From Octopus vulgaris (lineage: Eukaryota), in contig OX597834.1 of the NCBI GenBank assembly GCA_951406725.2, forward strand, positions 22,010,001-22,074,000: a stretch of DNA of 64,000 nt. Direction: 5' to 3'. How positions within the stretch are numbered: position 1 is the stretch's first letter; the number at the start of each line of letters is the position of its first letter. The notes under the pieces are model-generated. The model was given only the letters and a program-made list of their open reading frames with translations. It was not told the origin of the DNA and made no database searches. Positions 40,475-53,448 of this stretch are shown here, in pieces. The position numbers were made by a program, and so were the translations under genes.

Positions 40475-40638
40475 CATCTATAATAATGATGATGGAGATG
40501 ATCATCATAATTGTTGGAAAATGTAATAATTCTCAAGTTACATTTCAAAAACAATATAATCAATAGCATGAGTCATTGTATTGGAAATATCTACAAATTT
40601 CTATCATTCTGATTTTTGCTGTTTGTTATTGTTATTGC

Positions 40639-40674
<36 letters not shown>

Positions 40675-41750
40675 CATTATCATCAGCATTGAAATATCAT
40701 CGTCATTATTCTTAATATTATTATCATAAGTATCATATTAAATAAATCCCCACACTTGATGTCTATTTTTGTATTGTCCCTTCTCATTATTATTATTATT
40801 ATGATTATTATTATTATTATTATTATTATATCATTGAGTGTGTGTGTGTGTTTTTTTTTTTTTGGTTTTTTAATCAAATTCACTCTTTGTTTGTGGGAGA
40901 GTTTTATCGGATAATTTCTGCAAGTTTGAATTCTGTTTCTATTCAGTTTTGGTAAATGTTGAAATGGAAGAGAAATAATTGAGTTAATTGTCGTATTTCG
41001 CAAATATTTCAATTGAAATGATGCAGTTTCAATTCTGAGTTTCAGTTTTGGGGCTTTTAGCTTTGTCTTTTTCTTTACAGCTTATTTACACACACACACA
41101 CATATTCATATATATATATATATATCATCATCATCATCATCATCATTTAGCGTCCGCTTTCCATGCTAGCATGGGTTGGACGGTTCAACTGGGGTCTGCA
41201 TCAGGCCCAGTCAGATCTGGCAGTGTTTCTACAGCTGGATGCCCTTCCTAACACCAACCACTCCGAGAGTGTAGTGGGTGCTTTTACATGCCACCATCAT
41301 GTGGACAAGTAGTAATAATAATGATAATAATTGTTTCTAATTTTGGTACAAGGCTGGCACTTTTAAAGGAAGGGTTTAGTCAATTACTTTGAAAGAATGA
41401 ATGTCAAAGCCAACTTCGGCAGGATTTGAACCTAAAATGTAAAGAGCCAGACGATATGCCACAAGGCTTTTACCATTGCTCTAGTGATTCTGCTAGCTTG
41501 ATAATTATAACTTCCATTCACACACACATTCACAGAAAAAGATTTGGTTAATAAGTACCTCTTAATAGTAATGTTTCTCTGCCAGATTCAGTACTTTCAA
41601 GGCTTGATTCTATCAGAAGATCAGCTGCCCTATCAGAGCTGGCCGAGGGTTAAATAACAGCAACCAGGAGCTAAGTTCCAGTGTCTGGTACTCTGGAATT
41701 GAATAGCTCGTATTAAAAACATCTCTATAAAATTAGAAGCTAGAACTAAA

Positions 41751-41914
41751 AGGTGCAGGAGTGGCTGTGTGGTAAGTAGCTTGCTAACCAACCACATGGT
41801 TCCGGGTTCAGTCCCACTGCGTGGCATCTTGGGCAAGTGTCTTCTGCTATAGCCCCAGGCCGACCAAAGCCTTGTGAGTGGATTTGGTAGACGGAAACTG
41901 AAAGAAGCCTGTCG

Positions 41915-41949
<35 letters not shown>

Positions 41950-42127
41950 TCGTTCGTCCCCCATCATCGCTTGACAACCGATGCTGGTGTGTTTACGTCC
42001 CCGTCACTTAGCGGTTCGGCAAAAGAGACCGATAGAATAAGTCCCGGGTCGATTTGCTCAACTAAAGGCGGTGCTCCAGCATGGCCGCAGTCAAATGACT
42101 GAAACAAGTAAAAGAGTAAAGAGTAAA
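41751..42127 (+). mobile_element. SINE family A, with small internal deletion
   Basis: Same head and tail. Confidence 0.85.
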
Positions 42128-43229
42128 ACATCCGGATCAGATTTCTGGATTTTGTCTTTGTTTTTTTGGTTTTATAAATAGACGAAACTAGACAAAGAAG
42201 ATTATTAAAAGCTTGTTTCCCGTCCTCATTTGTTTTCTGTATAAATGCTTTCTCAGAGATCACAGGAGGCAGTAGATAAGCCCTCTTGACACTCAACCAC
42301 ATAATCAATCCATTCACTCTGCTTGTTATAATGCTGAGTTATATCTTTTGATTCACCACCACTGCCATGCCCCACTGACTCTCAGCCATTGAGTGAAATT
42401 ATACTTTTTGATACAGCTCTCGTTAACCAATTACCAAAATTCTGAAATTTGCCTCTGCTGTTTTGGTTTTATAAATAGACGAAACTAGACAAAGAAATTT
42501 ATTAAAACGTGTTTCGTGTTTAATTTTGTTAGCTGCATTTTTCTGTATATACGCTTTTTCAGAGATCACAGGAGGCAGTTGATGGGTCCTGTTGCAACTC
42601 AATACTATATAACCAGCAAATCAATCCATTCGCTTTTGTTTTGTCATAATGCCGAGTTGCGTCTTTCCACTCAACGCCACCATCACCACCACAATCCCGC
42701 ATCGACATTCACAACCTTCAAGTGAAATCATACTTTCCAATATACCCCTCGACAACCAAACAACCAATCACCAATCGCCGTCATTATACCAACAAAAACT
42801 CCATAATTTATTCATCACCTTTTATCCGTATTGATAATCATAATAATTCGAAAATAATTTCCAATGTACTTTGTTGGTACAAAGCTTCGTTAATATCTGC
42901 CAAATCTTGGCAGTTGGTTTTCTTTTTTTCACATTTTAGTCCAAATGTTTCTCCAACAAGACATGCACGCTCCTTCTTCCCCTCCTATGATATCCAGCTG
43001 TTTAACATTAAAGATCAACAGATCCAATAGCTCCTAACCATGTTCTTTTATCGTACTGTGAAATAATTCATCCGTTTTACAGCTATCACAATTCCGACAT
43101 TATTTTCATGCGCAGCGGAGCACTTTCTTCCTCCTCTTCTTCCTCCTCTTCTTCCTCCTCTTCTTCCTCCTCTTCTTGTTTTACCATTGTTTTTTTGGCT
43201 TTACTTTACATTCATTGTTGTTGCATTTG

Positions 43230-43845
43230 TTTGTAGTGGTGGTGGTGGTGGTGGTGATGGTGGTGGTAATGGAAGTATCAGGGTGGTTGTCGTCGTGATG
43301 GCAGTGATGGTAGCCACTGATGTGTTGATGGCGGTGGTGGTGATGACTGTGGTGTTCATTATGATGTTGGTAGTGATGATGGCGATTATTGTGTGGTGGT
43401 GGTGGTGGTGGTGGTGGCTGTGATGATGATGGCCACTGTTATGTTGATGGTGGTGGTAGTGGTGGAGGAGTTGATGCTGGTGACAGCGACAGTAATGGTC
43501 GTGGTGTTGGTGATAGTAGAGTTGATGGTGGTGGTGGTAGAGTTGTTGTTGGTGGTGGTGGTGGTGGTGGTGGTAGTAGTGATGATGGTGATTGTTGTGG
43601 TGATAGTTGTTGTGGTGATGTTAATGATGGTGGTAGTGGTGGTGCTGGTGGTTGTCATGATGGTGGTCGTTGTGGTGGTAGTTGTTGTTGTGGTGATGTT
43701 AATGATGGTGGTAGTGGTGGTGCTAATGGTCGTTGTGGTGGTGGTGGTTGTGCTGGTTGTCGTCGTTGTTGTGGTAATGTTGATGATAGTGATGCTGCTG
43801 CTGGTGGTGGTGGTAGTGGTGATGGTAGTGGTGTCGGTGGTGTCT
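43230..43845. repeat. Cryptic (GGT)n/(GAT)n low-complexity tract
   Basis: Degenerate trinucleotide repeats. Confidence 0.85.
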
Positions 43846-44304
43846 ATCCTTTTATTTTTGTGCTTTTTTTTCTTTTTCCTTTTGTCTTCCTCTAAACGAT
43901 TTGTCTATCATTACGTTTTGTTTTTACTTTTGTTGTTTTCTTTGTTTTTGTCTTTTTGTTTGTTGTTGTTGTTGTTGTTGTTGTTTTTTCCTGCAAACTT
44001 CTCTAAAATGTCAGCCATTCTCTCCTGAGCTGGAATTACAGACATCAGCATTAAATTATTACCAAAAATACCAAACTTGGATTTCCCTTGGCACCAACTC
44101 TTTCAAATAGTAATTTACTGCACTTACTTCAGCTTATGTATATTGCAGGGATATACGTATGTGTGCACGTGCGAGTATGTGTGCATGCATGCGCATGGGT
44201 GTGTGTGTGTAGTATGAATGCATATAAAGGTAAGTTGCCGTGTGTGCATGTTTGTACACATATAAGAAGGTAGATGTGTACGTATGTATTTAATACATAC
44301 AAAC

Positions 44305-44374
<70 letters not shown>

Positions 44375-44651
44375 ATGTGTATGTCATCATCATCATCATC
44401 ATCATCATCTTCGTTTAGCATCTGCTTTCCATGCTAGCATGGGTTGGACGGTGCAACTGGGGTCTGGGAAGCCAGAAGGCTGCACGAGGCCCAGTCTGAT
44501 CTGGCAATGTTTCTACAGCTGGATACCCTTCCTAACGCCAACCACTCTGTGAGTGTAGTGGGTGCTTTTTACGTGCCACCGGCATGGAGGCCCGTCGGGG
44601 TGGTGCTGGCAACGGCCACGTTCGGATGGTTGGCGCTGACAACGGCCACGT

Positions 44652-44930
44652 TAGGGTCGTGAGTTCAATTCCTGGTGATGCTTCATGTCCTCGTGCAAGA
44701 TCCTTTATTTCATGTTGCTCCAGTCCACTCAGCTGGCAAAAACAAGTTGTACCTGTGATTCAAGAGGCCAGCCTTGTCACACTCTGTGTCATGCTGAACC
44801 TTCCCTGAGAAGTATGTGAAGAGGTACACATGTCTGTGGAGTGCTCAGCCACTTGCATGTTAATCTCATGAGCAAGCTGTTCCGTTGATCGGATCAACTG
44901 GAACCCATGTCATCGTAATAAAGTGCCAGT
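44652..44930 (+). mobile_element. Third tRNA-related SINE family
   Basis: B box gagttcaattcc followed by a tgtcctcgtgcaag...ttgctccagtccactcagctg central segment. Confidence 0.55.
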
Positions 44931-44932
44931 TT

Positions 44933-44965
<33 letters not shown>

Positions 44966-45719
44966 CATACATATATACATCTCTATATATATAAACAGCA
45001 AAATGTCTGTGTGACCAGTGATGTATAACAACATCTGACAGTCTGGTTGATCACATGATCACATAACCAAAATGATATTTTTACATATTTTTGAAAAATA
45101 ATTTACACATAGCTTCTTAAAGTCTTTGACATCTTGTGTTTTCATTAAAGAAATGGAATCACAGAGACAAGGAAAATGTAAGAACCAACTCACAAAATGC
45201 CATAAATTTCATAATTTCCTTTCTATCCTAATTACCATTTTTTTTTTGTTTAATGTTACTTTTAAAGAAAAAAGAAGACATTATCAAGCATGAAATTACT
45301 TATATTTATTTATTAATTTTTTTGCTTGTTTATTTGTTTGTATTTTGTTTTTTTTGGGGGGGTGGGGGGTTGTATCATATATCAAAGAATATTTTGATAT
45401 ATTTTATTTTTGTTGTGTTTAGAATTGAATATTAACGTCTTGCGGAAAACTTACATAAGCAAATATATATACATACACACTCACATATATATATCTTTTA
45501 AATTTGTTTACACACGCACACACACACACACACATAGACACACAGAATTTGTGATGGAGAGCAAGCGGTGGGTAGGAATTATGTTCTGGGAATGTTGAAA
45601 AACAAACTGGAATACCATGTTTACTGTCTTGGATAAATGGAATTAACTTACATAACGATATCTGTGTGCATTCCACATTTTTCTTGGAGGAATATAAAAG
45701 TACTATCGTCATCATCATC

Positions 45720-45781
<62 letters not shown>

Positions 45782-45914
45782 CATTATTATTATTATTATT
45801 ATCATTATTATTATTATTTCTTTTTGTACATGATTACATGATTGCTCTCTTATCTTATTCTGCTCAGTTTCTTGCATTGTAAACAAGACAGAGTATGTCA
45901 CACATAGATGTGTA

Positions 45915-45976
<62 letters not shown>

Positions 45977-46519
45977 TTTAAATATATACTCATATATATA
46001 TATATATATAACTTAAATTAGAGATAAAACCACTATTAGGCAACTCAAACAGTGATAGACATAAACCAAAAACATTATATATATATGTATGTATATATAC
46101 ACACATTTGTGTGTGCGTGTTTTCAAATATTCCAAGAGTCCAAAAAGTTTCTGTGTCTGAATTTGTTTTGAATGGATGAAGTGTTACACGAAACTGAACC
46201 AACGTTTTTGGTGCAATCGGTTCTAAAACCATTGACACAACAGATGCTGAACAGACCAGAAACTGACCACACTTCAGATATTTTTGAGTTTCCCATCACC
46301 TAATTGGGAATTCTAGCAAGAAATAGAGGTCCTTCACTTCCAGTGGTTCACATGCTTGTTAACCCAGAGCTAGGACCCTGATTGGTGTTATTACTCTGGG
46401 GCAGAGTAGACCTGAGAACAGTAATGGCTAAGAGGGAGTTCCACACTTTTCAGAACCCTAGAATACCCATACTAGGGCCTCACTAATGGGTAGAATTTAA
46501 AGACATACTCAGGATACCA

Positions 46520-46885
46520 GTACCGAGCTGTGATACCAGTGCCTAGCTGTGATACCAGTGCTGGTGGTACGTAAGAGAACCATCCAAACGTGGCCATTGC
46601 CAGTGCCACCCCGACTGGCCTCGTGCCGGTGGCACGTAAAATGCACCATCCAATCGTGGCCGTTTGCCAGCCTCGTCTGGCACCTGTGCCGGTGGCACGT
46701 AAATAGCACCCACTACACTCATGGAGTGGTTGGCATTAGGAAGGGCATCCAGCCGTAGAAACATTGCCAGATCAGACTGGGCCTGGTGCAGCTTTCTGGC
46801 TTCCCAGACCCCAGTTGAACCATCCAACCCATGCTAGCATGGAAAGCGGATACTAAACAATGATCATGATGATGATGAGGATGAT
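46520..46885 (+). mobile_element. RTE-tail repeat; other copies at about 5590-5765(+), 22948-23100(+), 34565-34712(-), 41125-41296(-), 44385-44650(-), 49900-50082(-), 52185-52355(+)
   Basis: Shared ggttggcgttaggaagggcatccagc...ccatgctagcatggaaagcggacgctaaa(tga)n sequence. Confidence 0.75.
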
Positions 46886-46887
46886 GA

Positions 46888-46917
<30 letters not shown>

Positions 46918-46918
<1 letters not shown>

Positions 46919-47325
46919 GTTTGGTCGGGTGATGCATATGGACAAGGACAGTTGTATAAAGAAGTGCCGATCTCTAACTGTCGAAGGAACCTGTGGAAGA
47001 CATGAGAGGAGGTGATGAAGCATGATCTTCAAACTTTGGGCCTCAAGGCCCGGCCGCAATAACGTGTGACCAAGACCGTTGGTGGTATGCTGTGCTTAAG
47101 AAGACTTGGAAAGGCATGCATAACCATAGTCCTGGCCGATGCTAGTGACACATAAAAAGCACCCATTACACTCTCGGAGTGGTCGGCATTAGGAGGGGCA
47201 TCCATTCATAGAAACCATGCCAAATCAGGCTGGAACTTGGTGCAATCTCCAGTTTACTGGTTCCAATCAAACCGTCTAACCCATGCCAGCATGGAAAGCA
47301 GACATTAAATGATGGTGATGATGAT
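46918..47325 (+). mobile_element. RTE-clade LINE 3' end (ORF tail, 3'UTR, GAT-type tail)
   Basis: FGRVMHMDKDSCIKKCRSLTVEGTCG...EVMKHDLQTLGL. The 3'UTR ends ccatgccagcatggaaagcagacattaaatgat, shared with many truncated copies in the window. Confidence 0.7.
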
Positions 47326-48909
47326 AGATAAATAGATAGACACAGACAAATAGATAAATGATATAAAATGAAATTAACAACATTCTTTTTTTAAAATCAC
47401 TACAATTGCTTTGAGAAATTCTTATGCCTTTAGTACATCAGGTAGCCGATAACTTTGGACAAGCTTTGCATAACATTCTACAAGGTTTTCACCAGAATCC
47501 TACTTAAATATATATGTATATGCATATAGGCGTGCATGCGTATGCATACAAAATACATGTACATATATATGTTTCCTTTTCTATCTGATGAAACAGATCT
47601 ATTATCAAAGCCAATCCCAACCATGACTATCTTGTCATTTTAGATATGTCTTGGACCAAATTATCTAATGAGCTGTTAATCTTCGCCCCCTTTTTTTCTT
47701 TTTCATAAAATCACTAGGGTGTGAAATAGAAGGGGTTTCGGCTGCTATTTCTAGCAAGTCACGTAACACTGTATCTACATTTGTCGGTTCCTATGAACTT
47801 CGTTGCCAACCCACACTTACACACACGCACACCCCACATACACAATTTCAATTCCCAAATAGTTGTTCTCTTGACATCAAATCTCTCAGATCTGTTGTAT
47901 TCTTCACATTGAGAATCTATTCATGTAAGCCGGTTCCTTGCCTTTTTGGTAACATATTGATTTTTGAGGAAGGTACAAGGCGCCATCAGGTTTAGTTTAG
48001 TTTGTTTTGGTGAATGGGTATATTCCAGTGCTTCACCTGCCCACTTCCTCACCTACCATGGGTTGCGACCTAAATTAGGTCACGACCTAATTCAAGTTTG
48101 CAGCATAAATTCACAGAGAGAGATAGAAATTTTCTTTTGAATCTTTTAAAAAAATATTCTGTAAAAACGGAATATTCAGGAATAACAGAATAAACCTTTG
48201 GTAAGGTCTGTTACATGACAACTACCACTGGCATTACAGCACTACCTATTTCTTTGTTGCCCTCAAGGGGCTAAACACAGAGGGGACAAACAAGGACAGA
48301 CATAGATATTAAGTCGATTACATCGACCCCAGTGTTTCATTTGTACTTAATTTATCGACCCCGAAAGGACGAAAGGCAAAGTCGACCTCGGTGGAATTTA
48401 AACTCACAACGTAACAGCAGACGAAATACCGCTAAGCATTTCTGCCAGCACTACCACCACACCTCCACAATTGCACAGCTACACACCACTGACACCACCA
48501 CCACTACCAACAACAACAATAACAGCAACTACTGTCACTCTATATCCACACATACACACCCTTAAATTTATTTAGAACCCCTTCTTCAGTCTTTATATAT
48601 CTCCTTCGTTCATATTTTCAATACTAAAACCGTTTAATGTCCTCCATTAAACTTTCGCCACTGTTATCAGCTTCTGTTGGTTTTCCTTTTGGCTTTTTTT
48701 TTAAGATGAAGTAATGGTAAAGAGGAATAAGAACTCTGTGAATTTTTCTGCCAAGTTACCAAAGGCTATTGTTCATTCAATTCTTCTGCTGGTTTCTTTG
48801 TTATAAGGCATCACAGTTTGAGGAGTTGCAATAGAATTATGAAGACTTTTTCAGACTGGCATTTTTTTAGCAATTCCTTATATATATATATATATATTTT
48901 TAAATTAAC

Positions 48910-48952
<43 letters not shown>

Positions 48953-50081
48953 TAGCGGTATTTCGTCTGTCTTTACGTTCTGAGTTCGAATTCCGCCGAG
49001 GTCGACTTTGCCTTTCATCCTTTCGGGGTCGATTAAATGAGTACCAGTTACACACTGGGGTCGATATAATTGACTTAATCTGTTTGTCTGTCCTTGTTTG
49101 TCCCCTCTGTGTTTAGCCCCTTGTGGGTAGTAAAGAAATAGATTTGACAGGTGAAAGGAAAAAGAAAGGACTACATCAGTACTCGGTTGGGCCTGCTCAA
49201 GTAATTGAAACCCTGACTACATGATACCATAATCACTTGACCAAATGCTTTCACAATACTTTATCAGCATAAGAGAAATAAGGAAACAATAGAAACTGGA
49301 AAATTGTTCCATGCCATTGTTATGCAATTTTTCATATGTGAGAATGGTCTAATAGAAATTCTTTTGATGCCAACCTGCTGGGACCAACTGCAAGTCTGTG
49401 ATACAAAAACAAACACACATAAATTATCCTAAGGTGATATTTAAATTTAAAAATTTAATTAAGAAAAGAATTTCCATCATAAATTTATGTGAGAATCTTC
49501 CTTTTGTTCTGTTAAATTCCAAAATGCCAGCTTAAATAACGATTAGAATTCATTATTTTTACTAAACACTTTTCAAAGTCTTAATTATTTCCTCGAAACG
49601 AGTTGAAACTTATCCACATAGAATTTAATTTCATTAGAAATATTCGAAGGAAAGGATTAAGAAAAAAAGAAAGAAAGAAAGAGTTAATTGAGTCAATTTT
49701 GAAACATGTTGTTACTGAGTCTTTCTTTTTTTAAAATTAACGAAACAATTACCATAGTAATTAATTTAAGATGACAGCATAGCTGGCTGAGTGGATTGGG
49801 TGATTGACAGATGGGAGAAAGATCAGTTGTTCATATAAGTGTCATTGGCACTGTATTATGACTATTACTACTACTACTACTACTATTATTATCCATCATC
49901 ATCATCATCATCATCATCATCGTTGTCGTTTACCATCCACTTTCCATGCTGGCATGGGTTGAACGGTTTGACTGAGGGGTGGCAAGCCAGGAGGCTGCAC
50001 CAGGCTCCAATCTGATCTGGCAAGTTTCTACACCTGGATGCCCTTCCTAACACCAACCACTCTGAGAGTGTAGTGGGTGCT

Positions 50082-50119
<38 letters not shown>

Positions 50120-50727
50120 TAGCCCCTTGTGGGCAGTAAAGAAATAAGGATTGTTACTGTGGTGAGGTCAACTTTGCCTTTCTTCCTTTCGGGGGTCGAT
50201 AAATTAAGTACCAGTTGCATACTGGAGTCGATCCTTAAAAATTTCAGGCCTTGTGCCTAGAGTAGAAAACAATTGTTACTGTGGTGTTTCCTCTGAACAT
50301 TTACATTTTACTTTCCCGGTTCAAATCCCACTGAGGCTGATTTTATCAATCATCATTTCAGGGTCGATAAAATAAGCATGAGTAAAGTACTGGGTGCTTG
50401 GCCAGAAGGGGACAGAGGGATTCATCAGTACTCGGCTGGTACTCATTTCACCTAAGTAGATGGAGCTACATGGAAATGAAGTACCTTTCATCTGATTGAG
50501 TAGATCTAGGATGAAAACCATTCCAACTACGACCATCCTGCCTGAATTGTTTTTGTTACTGTTTTCCCCAAGCCCACTTTAATACAATAACCTCATTAGC
50601 CCAGTATATTCTTCTTTTTGTTAAGTTATAGGATGTAATTTCAGACAGACTTGGCAGCTATGGCACCAGTTCCTCATCTTCATCTTCCAAAAACGGAACA
50701 AAACGGTGTCAGGATTCTACTCTCTCT

Positions 50728-50925
50728 CTTTACTCTTTTACTTGTTTCAGTCATTTGACTGCGGCCATGCTGGAGCACCGCCTTTTAGTCGAGCAAATCG
50801 ACCCCGGGACTTATTCTTTTGTAAGCCCAGTACTTATTCTATCGGTCTCTTTAGCCGAAACGCTAAGTAACGGGGACGTAAACACACCAGCAGTGCTAGG
50901 GGGACAAACAGACACACAAACACAT

Positions 50926-51004
<79 letters not shown>

Positions 51005-51110
51005 TACGACAGGCTTCTTTCAGTTTCCATCTACCAAATCCACTCGCAAGGCATTGGTCGGCCCGGGGCTATAGCAGAAGACACTTGCCCAAGATGCCAC
51101 GCAGTGGGAC
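50728..51110 (-). mobile_element. SINE family A, 5'-truncated
   Basis: Matches the family but stops within the B box. Confidence 0.8.
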
Positions 51111-52141
51111 GACATTTTTTTTTATTGTATTTTCCTTCCTTATCCTTCAAACACCATTTTCAAAGTTGTTCCATTGTCCTTCTGTCCATTCTGTTCTAAT
51201 TCCCTTCCTCGTTTCTTTCTGGCGGCCACCTGACACCAATTTTAAGGAAAGTAGGATAGAATTATCCATTGGTGCCTTCCTCCTCCAAAGATGGTTTGGA
51301 ATAGAATTCTTCTTCGATCAATCACCGGTGATATTATATGTCACAGCCGAGGTGAACGAGGGCTGTTGAGAAGGCGTGTGTCTTTCTCAAGGGCACAGCA
51401 AGGTGCAAAATGTGAGGGACAAACCATTAACCTTCTTTCAATGGCAGCTGACACCTTTAGACGCAGGCCAGCCAACTGAAAAGGGGGGAATAAACGGATA
51501 ACACACACACTTATGAGCAAGCATGCACACACACACACGCACACATACATACATACATGCAAACACACACTTATGCTCACAGACACATACACAGACACAC
51601 ATGGACATACATGCAGACACACACAGAGGCTCTCTCTCATACACACGTAGACACACAGAGGCTTTCTTTCACACATACACACACATGCTCTCTCTCACGC
51701 ATACACACAGGCACGCACTAATTATACATGTATACGCATGAACGAAAATGAGTCTCTATTTATATGTACATACCTGAGTGTGTATGAGTGTGTGTGTGTA
51801 TATGTTTTATACGTACACGTGTGCATGTATGTGTGTGTATGTACACGTGTGCATGTATGTATGTGCATATGTGTGTGTATGTACACATGTGTGTGTGTGC
51901 ATAATAAACTATATACACATACACGTCTTTTATTTTTTACACATTTTGATCATTAGAGTGTGGTCATGCTGGAGCACTGCCACAAAAAGTTTTTGAGTCA
52001 AATGAATCTACCCCAGTACAGCTCTTTCTTTTTAAACCTGGTGCATATTCTATCTCTCTTTCACCGAACCGCTAAGTTACAGGGACATAAACACACCAAC
52101 ACCAGTTACGAAGCAGTAGAGGGGGACAAACACACACATCA

Positions 52142-52173
<32 letters not shown>

Positions 52174-52380
52174 GACAGACACGTAAAAAGCATTGATTCC
52201 ACTCTGTTGAGTGGTTGGTGATAGGAAGAGCATCCAGCTGTAAAAACCCTGCCAAAACAGACAGAGTAGCATAGGGTAGGTTTTCTACCTGGCCAGCTCC
52301 TGTGAACTGTCCTACCCATGCATGCATGGAATACAGACGTTAAACGATGATGATGATTAGGATGTCCAATCCCTTCTATA

Positions 52381-52541
<161 letters not shown>

Positions 52542-52546
52542 CATAC

Positions 52547-52583
<37 letters not shown>

Positions 52584-52627
52584 AATTGAAGAAATGGAGC
52601 TGAACGCAGATTGAACAGAAATCGTTT

Positions 52628-52721
52628 TATTTCATTCTACACGTGTTTCGAAAGGCACAAATTACCAAAATCCGATGGAATAATGGGACCATATTGTGTC
52701 TTTCTCTTCAGGAAGAAAATA
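52628..52721 (-). ncRNA. Mirror-image hammerhead ribozyme on the minus strand
   Basis: Exact reverse complement of 52893-52986 within the left arm of the palindrome. Confidence 0.72.
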
Positions 52722-52892
52722 GGAAATCCGTTGGAAAAACAAAAACAGAACAGAGGCGGAGCAAAAACAAATCGAACTATGCTCCTAAGAGCCCATGGCG
52801 AAACTCCATGTTTCGCCATGGGCTCTTAGGAGCATAGTTCGATTTGTTTTTGCTCCGCCTCTGTTCTGTTTTTGTTTTTCCAACGGATTTCC

Positions 52893-52986
52893 TATTTTCT
52901 TCCTGAAGAGAAAGACACAATATGGTCCCATTATTCCATCGGATTTTGGTAATTTGTGCCTTTCGAAACACGTGTAGAATGAAATA
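52893..52986 (+). ncRNA. Type I hammerhead ribozyme of the Penelope-like-element pLTR type
   Basis: Stem I tattttcttc (52893-52902) pairs with gaatgaaata (52977-52986). Core CTGAAGA at 52903-52909. Stem II gaaagacacaa (52910-52920) pairs with ttgtgcctttc (52954-52964). GAAAC at 52965-52969, palindromic ACACGTGT stem III region, GTA cleavage triplet at 52974-52976. Confidence 0.75.
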
Positions 52987-53234
52987 AAACGATTTCTGTT
53001 CAATCTGCGTTCAGCTCCATTTCTTCAATTCACCAATAATGTTCTAATTTCAATTATCCGCACCAACGCACGGTTGCAACACCATATGGTTGTACCTCCA
53101 ACCGTGCTGTTTTACTGCTGTGATTTTTGCTACTAAGGTATCGGTTAAACTTTTGATTAATCTACTACAAGATTATTCATCTTTCTATTTCACATAATAT
53201 ATATATACATATATATATATATACATATATATAC

Positions 53235-53448
<214 letters not shown>

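Larger units (their letters stand above)
52582..53032. repeat. Perfect inverted repeat, 223-bp arms (52582-52804 and 52810-53032) with 5-nt loop tccat
   Basis: Arms are reverse complements by inspection; the ORF track shows near-identical peptides mirrored at 52611-52829(+) and 52785-53003(-). Confidence 0.97.
52582..53197 (+). mobile_element. Penelope-like element remnant (pLTR with inverted partial copy) inserted in (TA)n
   Basis: Hammerhead motif, inverted duplication, about 165 nt of extra unique tail, and (TA)n tracts on both sides. Matches described PLE architecture. No RT ORF present. Confidence 0.55.

Noticed and set aside
48061-48087. Imperfect palindrome ggttgcgacctaaattaggtcacgacc
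   Set aside because: Short, and resembles the internal dyad of decayed hAT-type MITEs; termini could not be found.
52611-53003. Mirrored 60-72 aa ORFs on both strands
   Set aside because: A consequence of the palindrome; no recognisable protein and non-ATG starts.
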